Source of the DNA: a virus
Taxonomy: Duplodnaviria; Caudoviricetes
Strand: one strand, 5' to 3'
Virus record (IMG/VR): IMGVR_UViG_3300032272_000009
Coordinates: 8,683 to 72,682 of that record
Length of the DNA: 64,000 bases
The notes under the pieces were generated by a model, which was not told the origin of the DNA, searched no databases, and saw only the letters and a program-made list of their open reading frames with translations. A program made the translations under genes and the position numbers. Numbering within the stretch: position 1 is the first letter of the stretch; every line of letters begins with the position of its first letter. Of the stretch, positions 46,973 to 56,001 are shown one piece after another.

Positions 46973-47773
46973 TTACGCTACGCCAGCAGCTTTCTTGAAT
47001 TGTGCTGCAAGAGCAGGATTTTCTCTTGTTACTCTTGCCTGTTCTGTTATGTTCTTGGTTTCAGCCTTCCAAGGATTGACGTTTGATCCACCTTTGCCAC
47101 CTGTATTGACGTCACCACCTGAACCGTTATTCATGTCAGGAAAAGCAGGAGCGAATTGTGGGTCCGCCTTGAATTCTGCAACCAAATCTTTAACAGCAAA
47201 AGGAGTCGTCGCATCATCTTGAAAACGAGGATTACCTTTTTTATCTACAACTTGCTCACTGTAAGAACCATCTTCACCACGTACAGTGATAACTTGACCT
47301 TTCATATGTGGCAACAAGAACAGGGAGTTACCTTTTTCAAACTCAACCGCTTTGATCAATTTATTCTCAATCAATTCACGATCAAGAGCTTTGCGAAGAC
47401 CAGTAATTTCAGTGGCAGAATCGCTTGTAACCTTATCAAGTGCAGTTTTGTGCGCAGTGTTCAATTGAATTTTCAGAGCTTCCCATTGGCCTTTGCCTTC
47501 CAGTTCGGCATCTGCAAGTTCTTTCTGCTTCTTGGCAAAGTCTTCTTTTTCGGTCAGGTATACAGCGTAACCATCCTTGTCGAAACCATCAGGAATTTGA
47601 TTCTTCTTCAACTTGTCCATCTGATCTAGCAGTTTGGTCTTGTTGGTCTTAAGGCCACTTGTTTCTGCATCAACCAACTTTTTCGCTTCTTCATTAAAAG
47701 CATCAAGTGCTGCTTGGATTTGTATATCCGTAGCGCCCTCACCCATTAATTTTTTCATTGCCGCAAAATTCAT
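46973..47773 (-). CDS. Capsid scaffolding protein
   Basis: Coiled coil GLKTNKTKLL..., C-terminal GSG..GG...NPWK...N.TEQ; between portal and MCP. Confidence 0.85.
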   Translation of the reverse strand: MNFAAMKKLMGEGATDIQIQAALDAFNEEAKKLVDAETSGLKTNKTKLLDQMDKLKKNQIPDGFDKDGYAVYLTEKEDFAKKQKELADAELEGKGQWEALKIQLNTAHKTALDKVTSDSATEITGLRKALDRELIENKLIKAVEFEKGNSLFLLPHMKGQVITVRGEDGSYSEQVVDKKGNPRFQDDATTPFAVKDLVAEFKADPQFAPAFPDMNNGSGGDVNTGGKGGSNVNPWKAETKNITEQARVTRENPALAAQFKKAAGVA

Positions 47774-47801
47774 TTTGTTCTCCTGTGCATTCTAACTGAT
47801 A

Positions 47802-49376
47802 TCAATCAGTTTGGTTATTGTTAACGTTGCCATTATCTAAATTACTGCCTTTGGTTCCATCATCTTTATCATTTCCGTTATCTGATTTTGATGATTCTTT
47901 TGGTACTGCTAGTGCTGCCGTCTTAGTTGCTATCTCTATAGCATTTTCTGTCTCAACCTTCTTGGCAAAGAATGGTGGCGGATTAAGTTTGATCAACGCC
48001 AGTTCTTCTTCAAATGTTCTTTCTGTCGGAAGAATCTCACCTTCTTTCATTTTATCAAACATTGATCTGTGAGAGATAGCGCCATCCAACCAAGACTTAA
48101 CAAGAGCTATTTGAGCATTCGGCTCCATGTCAATCTTGAGAAAATCATCATTCAAATCATACGCAAAATCATTAGGTACTTTAGTACCGCTCCATTTAAG
48201 GAAGATTGTAAATGATCCTGTGATCTGTCCAGAGACGTTATTGACAAGAGTTGCTATTAATGATGTCTGGGCAGCAGTCCTAACAAGTACCGATGTTGCT
48301 GTCTCTCTGGATATACCTTCTTTTTTTAGAATCTGCGCACCCATGCTTGCCATGATGTCTTTCAGATTATCAATAAAATCTTGATGCGCCCTTGCTGAGT
48401 TACCAGTAAACTCAAGCATGCCGACTTTTGCTTCTGGGTTAGATATATGTATAAATTTTGACGGACCAATAGTGTTTGGTGCATCATCGCCATCAACGCC
48501 AGTTGCCCAAGGTGTAGGCAGTGCAGTCCAGTGCAACATGTACACTTGATCAATGACCCGCTGAATCACACTGATGTTCATGTCAGATATATCTTGCAGC
48601 GGAGATTTACCAATGCTAAAATTATTCTGGTTTATGCCATGAATAGTAATTGGTATAGTTTTGAAAAACTCACCATCAATCTTTGGATAGACATCTTCTC
48701 CAACCTGAACCATCTTCTCAACTTCATTTGGCGAAGCTTTTTTTACACCAGTTGACATGTAACGGCGTACTCTATACTTTTCATCTTTCAGGTCAAGTAC
48801 AACGTATATATTTCTTATCTCTGAATCAAATTCATTATCAGGATGATCGACCTCAGTCTCTTCTTTAAAGATAAACTTAGAAATGACAGGATACCCGGAT
48901 ACTGAGCTTGTTCTAAAAGATATAAACTGATGCGGTGCAATGAATCTCTGATATGGCCGTGATGCTGTATCAGAATAATCTGTCATCGTTGCACAGAAGC
49001 CATCTTCGAATACAGTGTTTATGATCTTCTCAGAAAACTTGTCAATGCTATTACCTAGCATGTCGCAGTTTTTGTTTAACTCTTTCTGTTTATCAGAGAA
49101 TTCAATGTTTCTGACTACTGGCGGTTTCGCAAATACTGTACCAGAAAAACCATCAACCACTTTCGGGTAGAGGATGTACATTGGCGCCATTGACACCATA
49201 GCTTTAAACTGGTCATCAGTCTGACCATCAAGCCTCGTGATGTAGGTGTCACGATTTGCGATTATAGTGCTTCTACCAGCTCTGATAGTGGCATTCTGCA
49301 TGATGCGAGCTTGTGCATCAAACACAGCACTATTCATAGGTGGCGTCGATAGCTCTACTTTTGTTTCATCTGGCAT
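47802..49376 (-). CDS. Portal protein (DUF4055/SPP1-like)
   Basis: 524 aa; PLQDISDMNI...LH.TALP, GMLEF.G, ETAT; downstream of terL. Confidence 0.88.
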   Translation of the reverse strand: MPDETKVELSTPPMNSAVFDAQARIMQNATIRAGRSTIIANRDTYITRLDGQTDDQFKAMVSMAPMYILYPKVVDGFSGTVFAKPPVVRNIEFSDKQKELNKNCDMLGNSIDKFSEKIINTVFEDGFCATMTDYSDTASRPYQRFIAPHQFISFRTSSVSGYPVISKFIFKEETEVDHPDNEFDSEIRNIYVVLDLKDEKYRVRRYMSTGVKKASPNEVEKMVQVGEDVYPKIDGEFFKTIPITIHGINQNNFSIGKSPLQDISDMNISVIQRVIDQVYMLHWTALPTPWATGVDGDDAPNTIGPSKFIHISNPEAKVGMLEFTGNSARAHQDFIDNLKDIMASMGAQILKKEGISRETATSVLVRTAAQTSLIATLVNNVSGQITGSFTIFLKWSGTKVPNDFAYDLNDDFLKIDMEPNAQIALVKSWLDGAISHRSMFDKMKEGEILPTERTFEEELALIKLNPPPFFAKKVETENAIEIATKTAALAVPKESSKSDNGNDKDDGTKGSNLDNGNVNNNQTD

Positions 49377-49445
49377 TTTACAAACCTTTATTTATCGCTG
49401 ATATATCATATCACATAAACGCACATATAGCAATACAGACTACTT

Positions 49446-50180
49446 CTACGTGGACTCTTCATGCCCTTGAACTCTCATCCTGCAAGAAGTCAGTGCCTGT
49501 ATATCATCTTGAATCAATACTTCTAAATAATCGCCTTTTGCATAATTTAGCCTGATTTTAACATCTAACTCTTCAAGCAAAGTGCGTGCTCTAGTCCCAA
49601 ACTTTCCACCACCTGATTTGGCGTCATAGACAAGATCATACATATCTAAAATGACGTCATCATTTGTCTTCCAGTTTGAGAATGTTCTTATCACACCGTT
49701 TATTAATCCACGGACTACAACCCCATTAGACAATGCTACCAAATCGCCAAATTTTGAGTTATCTCCAGCACCTGCGTGTACCATTGACAATATAAGTATA
49801 GTTATGTGCTCTACTGTATCTTTTCGTGGATAGTATTTATATGATATTGGTGCAACTAGTGTACCAATATCTGTAGACATATCAACGATTACTTCTTCTA
49901 TTTCATCGCCAATTTGGAAATTGTTATCAATTGGTCTATCTAGCGTTATATTGTTAACCGCAATAGCTGTAATTTGTGAATGAATAGGTTCTGTATGTCC
50001 AATTTCTGCACCGAAATGAACGAACTGACCTACAGAAAAGCCTGATGCATCTAACACGTCTACTGACGTATCGCCAGTTGATACTGCTACTGCTAGCGTT
50101 GTTGCAGCCCCATGTCGATGAACATAATCATTGACAGGTACATTATTTATTCTGAATTCTCTTCCGCCATTGCCAATCAT
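49446..50180 (-). CDS. Hypothetical virion-associated protein
   Basis: 244 aa, TTLAVAV..GDTS..V..ASGF.VG beta motif; between terL and portal. Confidence 0.65.
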   Translation of the reverse strand: MIGNGGREFRINNVPVNDYVHRHGAATTLAVAVSTGDTSVDVLDASGFSVGQFVHFGAEIGHTEPIHSQITAIAVNNITLDRPIDNNFQIGDEIEEVIVDMSTDIGTLVAPISYKYYPRKDTVEHITILILSMVHAGAGDNSKFGDLVALSNGVVVRGLINGVIRTFSNWKTNDDVILDMYDLVYDAKSGGGKFGTRARTLLEELDVKIRLNYAKGDYLEVLIQDDIQALTSCRMRVQGHEEST

Positions 50181-50211
50181 TATATGTTCCCATTATATAA
50201 ACGATGATAAA

Positions 50212-50472
50212 TTATAAATCAACCCTTACTCGTCCATCTTTATTCTGAGCCATTATATAGACGTCTATACCTTGAGAATGTGATATATCAGCGCTATCTT
50301 CAAATGCTTTACCAATGTTTACATTTGTTGGTGCCGCATCACCTGTTTCTCGATACGTATGAAAATAAACATTTGGGGTATCAGACATTATTTTTATTGA
50401 ACCGACAGTTACATTTGTCGCAACCTTTGTCCACGTATTTGAAGGACAATCAACCAATAGTGGGTTCGACAT
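50212..50472 (-). CDS. Hypothetical protein
   Basis: 86-aa ORF starting 2 nt after the terL stop. Confidence 0.65.
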   Translation of the reverse strand: MSNPLLVDCPSNTWTKVATNVTVGSIKIMSDTPNVYFHTYRETGDAAPTNVNIGKAFEDSADISHSQGIDVYIMAQNKDGRVRVDL

Positions 50473-50473
50473 A

Positions 50474-51817
50474 TCATAATCCTTTAATTGTTTTGCTGGA
50501 CATAGTATTTCTATTAATTGGAAACTTCATATGAATGAAGTAACCGAATGAGTCATTGATATCATCAATAGAGCTACCGCTGGTCTTTTCTGGAAGCTCT
50601 GTAGCTTTATTATATACCTGTTGCTCAAGTGCATCAGCAACCTTTTCACATTCTCTTACATTTACTTTGATAAGTCCAGTCATAAATGCAGAATTTACAC
50701 TTTGCACTCTTTCCATTATCCGAGGATTTTTCTGCGGATATTTACAGTGAAAACCAGCAGCTTTTAGCAATGAAATATCTGACGTTGTAAATCCCTTTGA
50801 GCTTGTGTTTTTTCCTGAAGCATCAGGGTAACAGTACACAGGAGACCGTGGGTAGCGCTCCCTAATGACCTGAATCATCTCTGGGGTATCCATGATGTTA
50901 GTCAGGTGTTTGACAGCATGGAAGCTGTTATAGCCTTCATAAACAAATAGTGGATTGCTAGTAAATACAGGGTCACGCTCAACAAATACAACCCCGTTCA
51001 TATTGGTAACATTGAAATCTAGTGAGATATGGATAGCCTCGCCATCTCTATATATTGCATCACTACCACACAGTATTCTATCGTACTGCTTGTAGACCGC
51101 ACCTACCGCCATGTTGACGAACTTACCATTGATGTAAGCTTCTACTAACTCAGGCGGATATATCATCTTCAGATTATCATAATAATCTTTTGGTAGATGA
51201 ACGTTCTCATAACCACTAGCTTGTATCAGAGTGTAGTTATCAGGCTTGTTCTTTTCAAACATTTGATACAAGAGGCGATAGCCTTCTGGAGTCGAGCCAA
51301 CTATCATTTGATTGATAAGCTCTATCTCTTCGCCATTCTCATCTAGTGCTATTGTGCCATCTTCGTTAAATACATTTACTTTCTTACGTGCCCGAGCAAG
51401 TGCTTTGATCCAAACCTGTCTTGCTTTGTCAGTTGGTAGGGTATCCAGCTCATCAAGTAGCACAGCAAACACATTCATACCAACAATTGTGTCGGGATTG
51501 TCCATTGACTTCAGGATTACCCGCCCACCTGCGTCAAAGTAGATTTCACCCGTTGTTTTATTGATCTTGTATTCGATACCAGTGCCTTCTAGTACCTCAA
51601 CCAAAGTTGGGAATAGAATGTCACGGAACATTGAGTAGGTAGGTAGTAGATAGAGTAAATCTACTTTAGGATGGCGAAGTTTAATATCAACCATCTTATT
51701 GACAAGCGAAAAAGTCTTACCACCTCCAAAACCAGTGACAAAAGCTACCGCTTTAGAAAAGTCGTCGTCATAAAACTGTGTTTGACTTTTTGTAAGTTCA
51801 ATTACTCTTTGTTGCAT
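50474..51817 (-). CDS. terL: Terminase large subunit
   Basis: GFGGGKT, VLLDE, STPEG, ISLDFNV, YPDASG, DDINDSFGY. Confidence 0.95.
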   Translation of the reverse strand: MQQRVIELTKSQTQFYDDDFSKAVAFVTGFGGGKTFSLVNKMVDIKLRHPKVDLLYLLPTYSMFRDILFPTLVEVLEGTGIEYKINKTTGEIYFDAGGRVILKSMDNPDTIVGMNVFAVLLDELDTLPTDKARQVWIKALARARKKVNVFNEDGTIALDENGEEIELINQMIVGSTPEGYRLLYQMFEKNKPDNYTLIQASGYENVHLPKDYYDNLKMIYPPELVEAYINGKFVNMAVGAVYKQYDRILCGSDAIYRDGEAIHISLDFNVTNMNGVVFVERDPVFTSNPLFVYEGYNSFHAVKHLTNIMDTPEMIQVIRERYPRSPVYCYPDASGKNTSSKGFTTSDISLLKAAGFHCKYPQKNPRIMERVQSVNSAFMTGLIKVNVRECEKVADALEQQVYNKATELPEKTSGSSIDDINDSFGYFIHMKFPINRNTMSSKTIKGL

Positions 51818-52073
51818 TTAGCTATCGATCTCTTTTACTGCATCAATTATTACACCCTCCATATGTCTAAGAGCGCCAATCATTGTTACGTTCTTGTTTA
51901 GATTAGCATAACTATAAGTGATTGTTCCTTCATCGTCAACTAATACAATGACACAATTCACAATATTTAGCCTGTCAAGGTCTTCTTTAGCATTCTCAAA
52001 GGCTTTATCTACTGTTTTCTTTGTGTGGCTCTCCCCCGAATAGATGAGTTACATTGTTTGTTTTCTTAATCAT
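51818..52073 (-). pseudogene. Small phage gene interrupted by one extra A (frameshift or sequencing error)
   Basis: MIKKTNNVTHLFGGEPHKE, then the +1 frame TVDKAFENAKEDL...IGALRHMEGVIIDAVKEIDS; 256 nt = 85 codons + 1; coupled at both ends. Confidence 0.65.
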
Positions 52074-52441
52074 AAAGCCTCCACGTGAAGTAAAACAGAA
52101 CCTTCTTTTGATATCTCTGGTGCATAGTCCATAGATAGTTTACGCACAAATGAGTCATCCTGCCAGAAATGAGCATGAGTTAAAGAGTCGAATAGGCATT
52201 TTAAAACGTTGTCTATATCATGAACCCTGTTATCTTTCGGTGTTAGAGTTATTGATACAGATAGAGGAACATTCGCTCTTAGTTCAAGGTCTTTTGATTG
52301 GATTATCTCTTGGACTCTTATGCGGTATTGCTCACCCTTTGTCTTTATGAACTTGCGAGGCCTTTTTGCATTACAGGCCATTCCATAGTAATCATTTACC
52401 GATGGAGGGAAAGGGAGAACTATTAGGTATCCGGTTTTCAT
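52070..52441 (-). CDS. rusA: RusA-like Holliday junction resolvase
   Basis: LPFPPSVN.YY, DNRVHDIDNVLKCLFDSL.HA.FWQDDS. Confidence 0.88.
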   Translation of the reverse strand: MKTGYLIVLPFPPSVNDYYGMACNAKRPRKFIKTKGEQYRIRVQEIIQSKDLELRANVPLSVSITLTPKDNRVHDIDNVLKCLFDSLTHAHFWQDDSFVRKLSMDYAPEISKEGSVLLHVEAL

Positions 52442-52643
52442 TTTAAGGGTTCGCTTTTTGTCGTTATCTTTATTCGTGGTTGTAGGGGTGGCGGTTTGAA
52501 ACAGTATAACATGATTTTGGTGCGATTGCAATGTAGGCGGTTTCTTATTATCGGGTGGTAGAATTAGGTTAAAATTGGCGTTTTCAAATTTTTTAGGCGG
52601 ACTATGGCGTTGGCACGATGAAAATTTACGAAGGGGTGAATAC

Positions 52644-52659
52644 TGGCACGAGTATTGCT
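52644..52659 (+). promoter_or_regulatory. sigma54 (-24/-12) consensus site
   Basis: TGGCACGAGTATTGCT. Confidence 0.6.
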
Positions 52660-53004
52660 AGGAGATATTTGCGTAACGAGCGCAACACGGATTTTATGTT
52701 AAAAAAAATGCCGGACTGAAAAATAAGTCAAGCATTTGATTTGCTATGTTAGTCTCGTCCTGCGAACCATGTTATAACTATTGCAAGAACCAACAAAAGA
52801 AAAGTCATCTATTCAAAAACGCATATAGAAAAAGTTGTTTTTTAGATCATACTTTAAATTACTGAAACCAAAAATCCTACCTAGCGAATACACTTCTTTA
52901 TCAGAGTCAAGTAAAATCTTTTTCATAACATTACCAACAAAGATATAAAGCGGAATTTGTTTTTTCTTTTTCATTATGTACACCTCACAGTAAAAACAAT
53001 ATGT

Positions 53005-53045
53005 ATAAAATCAGAGCCTAGGCTTTTTTGTATGCCTAGACTCTG
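53005..53045 (-). terminator. Probable terminator downstream of 53053-53604
   Basis: CAGAG-x-CTAGGC / GCCTAG-x-CTCTG hairpin followed by ATTTT. Confidence 0.55.
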
Positions 53046-53052
53046 TTTATTT

Positions 53053-53604
53053 TTATCCTGCCAGACTCTGAAAAAATTCCCTGTACGCTAGGAACTCCTC
53101 GAAGTATTCTGTTCTGTGCGGAGCATCTGCAATCAATCCAGAATTCAAGATTTCATCATGCGTGAATTTTGGATTTGCTCTGACCCACTCTGCAATTTTT
53201 CCCATGTGACCAGAATTATTAAACTGTTTAAACTTCTTACTCGCTGTAACTGTTGACTTGTTCACACCAGAAAAATCAACAATGGCCTTTTCAACTTCAG
53301 AATTTGAAAGTTGTGGGATTTCTAAAGTGCTGGCCAGCTTTTGCACATCCAGAAAATGGCTGATTGATTTACCTTTAATATGCTCTTGCACCTTTGCTTG
53401 CAGTTTCTCAGGCGTCAGAATCCAATCATTGGCCAGTCCTACACTCTTAATTGTGTTTTGAATGTCTGAGAAGGCTACGCCATTTTGCGTCAATAGCAGG
53501 GCTGTCTCATCCAGAGAAACCCCCTTGTTGAAATGTTGGTCAATGATACCAGCGATGATTTTTTTGTTGCTTGCTGCTGTAGTTTTTTTAGTTGCTGAAG
53601 TCAT
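53053..53604 (-). CDS. Uncharacterised early protein, paralog of 54360-54938
   Basis: Start MTSATKK behind an AAGGTG SD; own promoter and terminator. Confidence 0.75.
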   Translation of the reverse strand: MTSATKKTTAASNKKIIAGIIDQHFNKGVSLDETALLLTQNGVAFSDIQNTIKSVGLANDWILTPEKLQAKVQEHIKGKSISHFLDVQKLASTLEIPQLSNSEVEKAIVDFSGVNKSTVTASKKFKQFNNSGHMGKIAEWVRANPKFTHDEILNSGLIADAPHRTEYFEEFLAYREFFQSLAG

Positions 53605-53673
53605 AATGTTTATCACCTTTAATAATCAAGAAAATTAAAATGGGCTTTTCTTGTTTACCCTCACTTGTTACCA

Positions 53674-53701
53674 AGTATACACCATGCAAAACATTATGCA
53701 A
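53674..53701 (-). promoter_or_regulatory. sigma70-type promoter, 16-bp spacer
   Basis: TTGCAT-N16-TATACT on the minus strand. Confidence 0.65.
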
Positions 53702-53768
53702 CATTTTAAAACATTATTTTCAATTTAATTTTACTCTATATATATAGGCAAAATCAGAAAATTCTGTA

Positions 53769-53972
53769 AGCATAAAACATGCCAACAATAATTGGCCCGG
53801 TTCTTGCAACAACAAAAATCATGCCAGAAAAGTTGGCCTAAAATATGCAAGGGAAAAATCATGCCAAAACAATTGGCACGGTCGTTGCATGGTCAAAAAT
53901 CGTGCCAACTTTCTCGAACGTGGCGGAATTCAAGAATCGTGCCAAAAAAGCGTAACGGACGGAGCGGTGCCA
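53769..53972. repeat. About 41-bp periodic array of TGCCA...TGGC...TGCA units (sigma54-type sites)
   Basis: RTGCCA at 53779, 53821, 53861, 53902, 53939, 53967; GG-N10-GC sites at 53793, 53834, 53874 (+) and 53769 (-). Confidence 0.8.
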
Positions 53973-54129
53973 GAATTTTTTCCGTCGCGTATATACACCA
54001 AAAAATATACCGAAAAGCGCACTTATAAGCATGCCCGATTCGCGCTGTGAGTCGTGAAGCGAAATGAATAAATCATATATTATACAGCGTAACATACATA
54101 AATTATTTTGATTGAAAAGTTTTAACCAG

Positions 54130-54195
54130 TTGCAAAACACAAGTTGTAAAATATAATAAATATAAGCTTGCAACGCTTACTAGTTGTGTTATAAT
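54130..54195 (+). promoter_or_regulatory. Two tandem sigma70 promoters, 16-bp spacers
   Basis: TTGCAA-N16-TATAAT at 54130 and at 54168. Confidence 0.75.
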
Positions 54196-54359
54196 AAATG
54201 CTCTTGTTGAGAAAGAAGCAGAAGCACATATGTAACCGCTTAGCAATAAAAATTTTATTAGTTAAGCAAAAAATAAACTTGCAAACGATTAGAGTTTGTG
54301 AGATAATCTTAAAACTGGAATCTTCCAGAAAACACAATTAACACGGGAGTGTAAACATC

Positions 54360-54938
54360 ATGGGTAAGAAAGAAAATACAGCTATTGTAGTTGCCGGTCT
54401 GGCCGCAGGTAAATCAGATGATGCCATCTTGCAAGAACTGTTTGAAGGTGGTATTGCGTTCGGTGAGCTGCGCAATGTGTTCAATGAAGTAATCAAGGAA
54501 AAAGGTCTGCGCCTGACTGCGAAAGAACGCAAGGTCAAAACTGGTGAGCTGATGGAAGGCGTTGAAAAAATCGAAACTGTTGATGAAGTCAACAAGATCA
54601 TTGCCAAGCTGGTCAAAAGCCTTAAGGTTGCTGAGACAAAAGCAATGGGATCGCTTCGCACATGGGCTAAAGAGGCTGGTATTGAACTGCCTAAAACTCC
54701 TCGTGCTGCAAAGACTCGCAAGACTGGTTTTGGTGGTCATTACAAAAACATCCTTGATTTCATCTTGGAAAATCGTGAAGCTGACAAGGTTGCTGTTGTT
54801 GCCTTCTGTCATGCGAACAAGATTCCAGAAGCATACTCTACTCAGGCCATGAATGTTGTTCATTTTGCCAAGGTTTGGAGTGGTGAGCTGGTTGAAGAAG
54901 TTGTTACCGAAACTCCTGCTGAACCAGCAGCAACCTAA
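54360..54938 (+). CDS. Highly expressed uncharacterised early protein, paralog of 53053-53604
   Basis: 192 aa; GGGAG SD; strong CTG/GGT/CGC codon bias; followed by a terminator. Confidence 0.8.
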   Translation: MGKKENTAIVVAGLAAGKSDDAILQELFEGGIAFGELRNVFNEVIKEKGLRLTAKERKVKTGELMEGVEKIETVDEVNKIIAKLVKSLKVAETKAMGSLRTWAKEAGIELPKTPRAAKTRKTGFGGHYKNILDFILENREADKVAVVAFCHANKIPEAYSTQAMNVVHFAKVWSGELVEEVVTETPAEPAAT

Positions 54939-54965
54939 TACCTCCCGGGTATAGCAGGAAAGAAG

Positions 54966-54991
54966 ATAGGCTCGCAAGAGCCTATTTTTTT
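54966..54991 (+). terminator. Intrinsic terminator
   Basis: ATAGGCTC-GCAA-GAGCCTAT-TTTTTT. Confidence 0.9.
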
Positions 54992-55016
54992 GTCTTGAAT
55001 TCCGTGAAACTGCCTC

Positions 55017-55044
55017 TTGTTAGAATGTTTTAAACTGTTATAAT
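55017..55044 (+). promoter_or_regulatory. sigma70-type promoter, 16-bp spacer
   Basis: TTGTTA-N16-TATAAT; shares AATGTTTTAAAxTGTTATAATAxAATCTCT with 55939. Confidence 0.7.
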
Positions 55045-55098
55045 AAAATCTCTCTTAGGAGAAAACATAAAAATAATTCAGATATAAGGTGAACCAAA

Positions 55099-55257
55099 AT
55101 GGCAGTTAAAACGGTAAAACAAATCATTACTGAAAGGGGTTATGAGGGAATTCTGGCGCAAGATGGCTGGGAAACCCTCGAACTTACAGTAAAAACTAAT
55201 CATTCACATGCGGTTGCTAAAGCAATTATCACAGAAATGGAGAAGAAAAATGGATAA
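55099..55257 (+). CDS. Hypothetical early protein (52 aa)
   Basis: Read manually: MAVKTVKQIITERGYEGILAQDGWETLELTV...; AAGGTG SD. Confidence 0.6.
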   Translation: MAVKTVKQIITERGYEGILAQDGWETLELTVKTNHSHAVAKAIITEMEKKNG

Positions 55258-55609
55258 TCTGCCAATGGTATACACCGATTTTTCCAAAGAAAAGCACTTT
55301 GATGACTGGCCTTATGGTAGCAAACGTGTCAAATGTAGCTTCATGGTAGAGCAAAACAAGGGCAAGGAGCGTGCTGTAAGGCTTACTGAAAATCCAAAAG
55401 GTGGTATGAATAAGCCGAAGAAAATGACTTATTCAAGCAAAGTTCTCTTTGCTACTGGCGATGATGGTAAGATTTATATCATTCAGGACGTTGGCTGGGC
55501 ATTTTGCATCATACAAAGCAACATGAAATATCAGCACGAATATGTCAATACTGATGATCCAAGATACGAAATTCTGTTTAAAGAGTTCTATCCAAAGGTG
55601 GCGTCATGA
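55250..55609 (+). CDS. Hypothetical early protein
   Basis: Start MDNLPMVY behind GGAG; DWPYG...C.F.VE....GERAVR motif. Confidence 0.7.
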   Translation: MDNLPMVYTDFSKEKHFDDWPYGSKRVKCSFMVEQNKGKERAVRLTENPKGGMNKPKKMTYSSKVLFATGDDGKIYIIQDVGWAFCIIQSNMKYQHEYVNTDDPRYEILFKEFYPKVAS

Positions 55610-55914
55610 TAGTTCCAGTAGGCATTTGGCTCAGATGTGGGTGCTGTGGCGAGGATTTTAGAACTTGGGAAGGCTATGAAGACCAAGATCAAGACAGTGA
55701 ATACGGTATCTGTTTTGAGTGTCAAGGTGACATAGGTGACCGCAACGAGCAAGAATTTGACAAGCTGATTGATGCTGTTCGTGGTGGTCTTAGCCCTGCT
55801 AACCTGCTGAAATTTAATAAGAAAAGCAGAGATTGGCAGAAATCGTTTGCTTTTGATCAGCTTAACAAAGGTAATATTACGTACAGTATTGTACCACATA
55901 GTATTACGGGTTAG
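55606..55914 (+). CDS. Zinc-finger (CxxC...CxxC) early protein
   Basis: CGCCG...GICFEC. Confidence 0.7.
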   Translation: MIVPVGIWLRCGCCGEDFRTWEGYEDQDQDSEYGICFECQGDIGDRNEQEFDKLIDAVRGGLSPANLLKFNKKSRDWQKSFAFDQLNKGNITYSIVPHSITG

Positions 55915-55938
55915 TTTAGAATTCCGCAAAACTGGTAG

Positions 55939-55966
55939 TTGTAATAATGTTTTAAAATGTTATAAT
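55939..55966 (+). promoter_or_regulatory. sigma70-type promoter, 16-bp spacer
   Basis: TTGTAA-N16-TATAAT. Confidence 0.7.
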
Positions 55967-56001
55967 AGAATCTCTTTCAAACAAAGCATAAGGTGAAAAT
56001 T

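Noticed and set aside
53769-53972. CRISPR mini-array (periodic repeats, and a Cas4-like gene at 14605)
   Set aside because: Units are degenerate, about 41 bp in total with no distinct repeat/spacer structure. The Cas4-like protein sits in the standard SSB-exonuclease-helicase recombination module.
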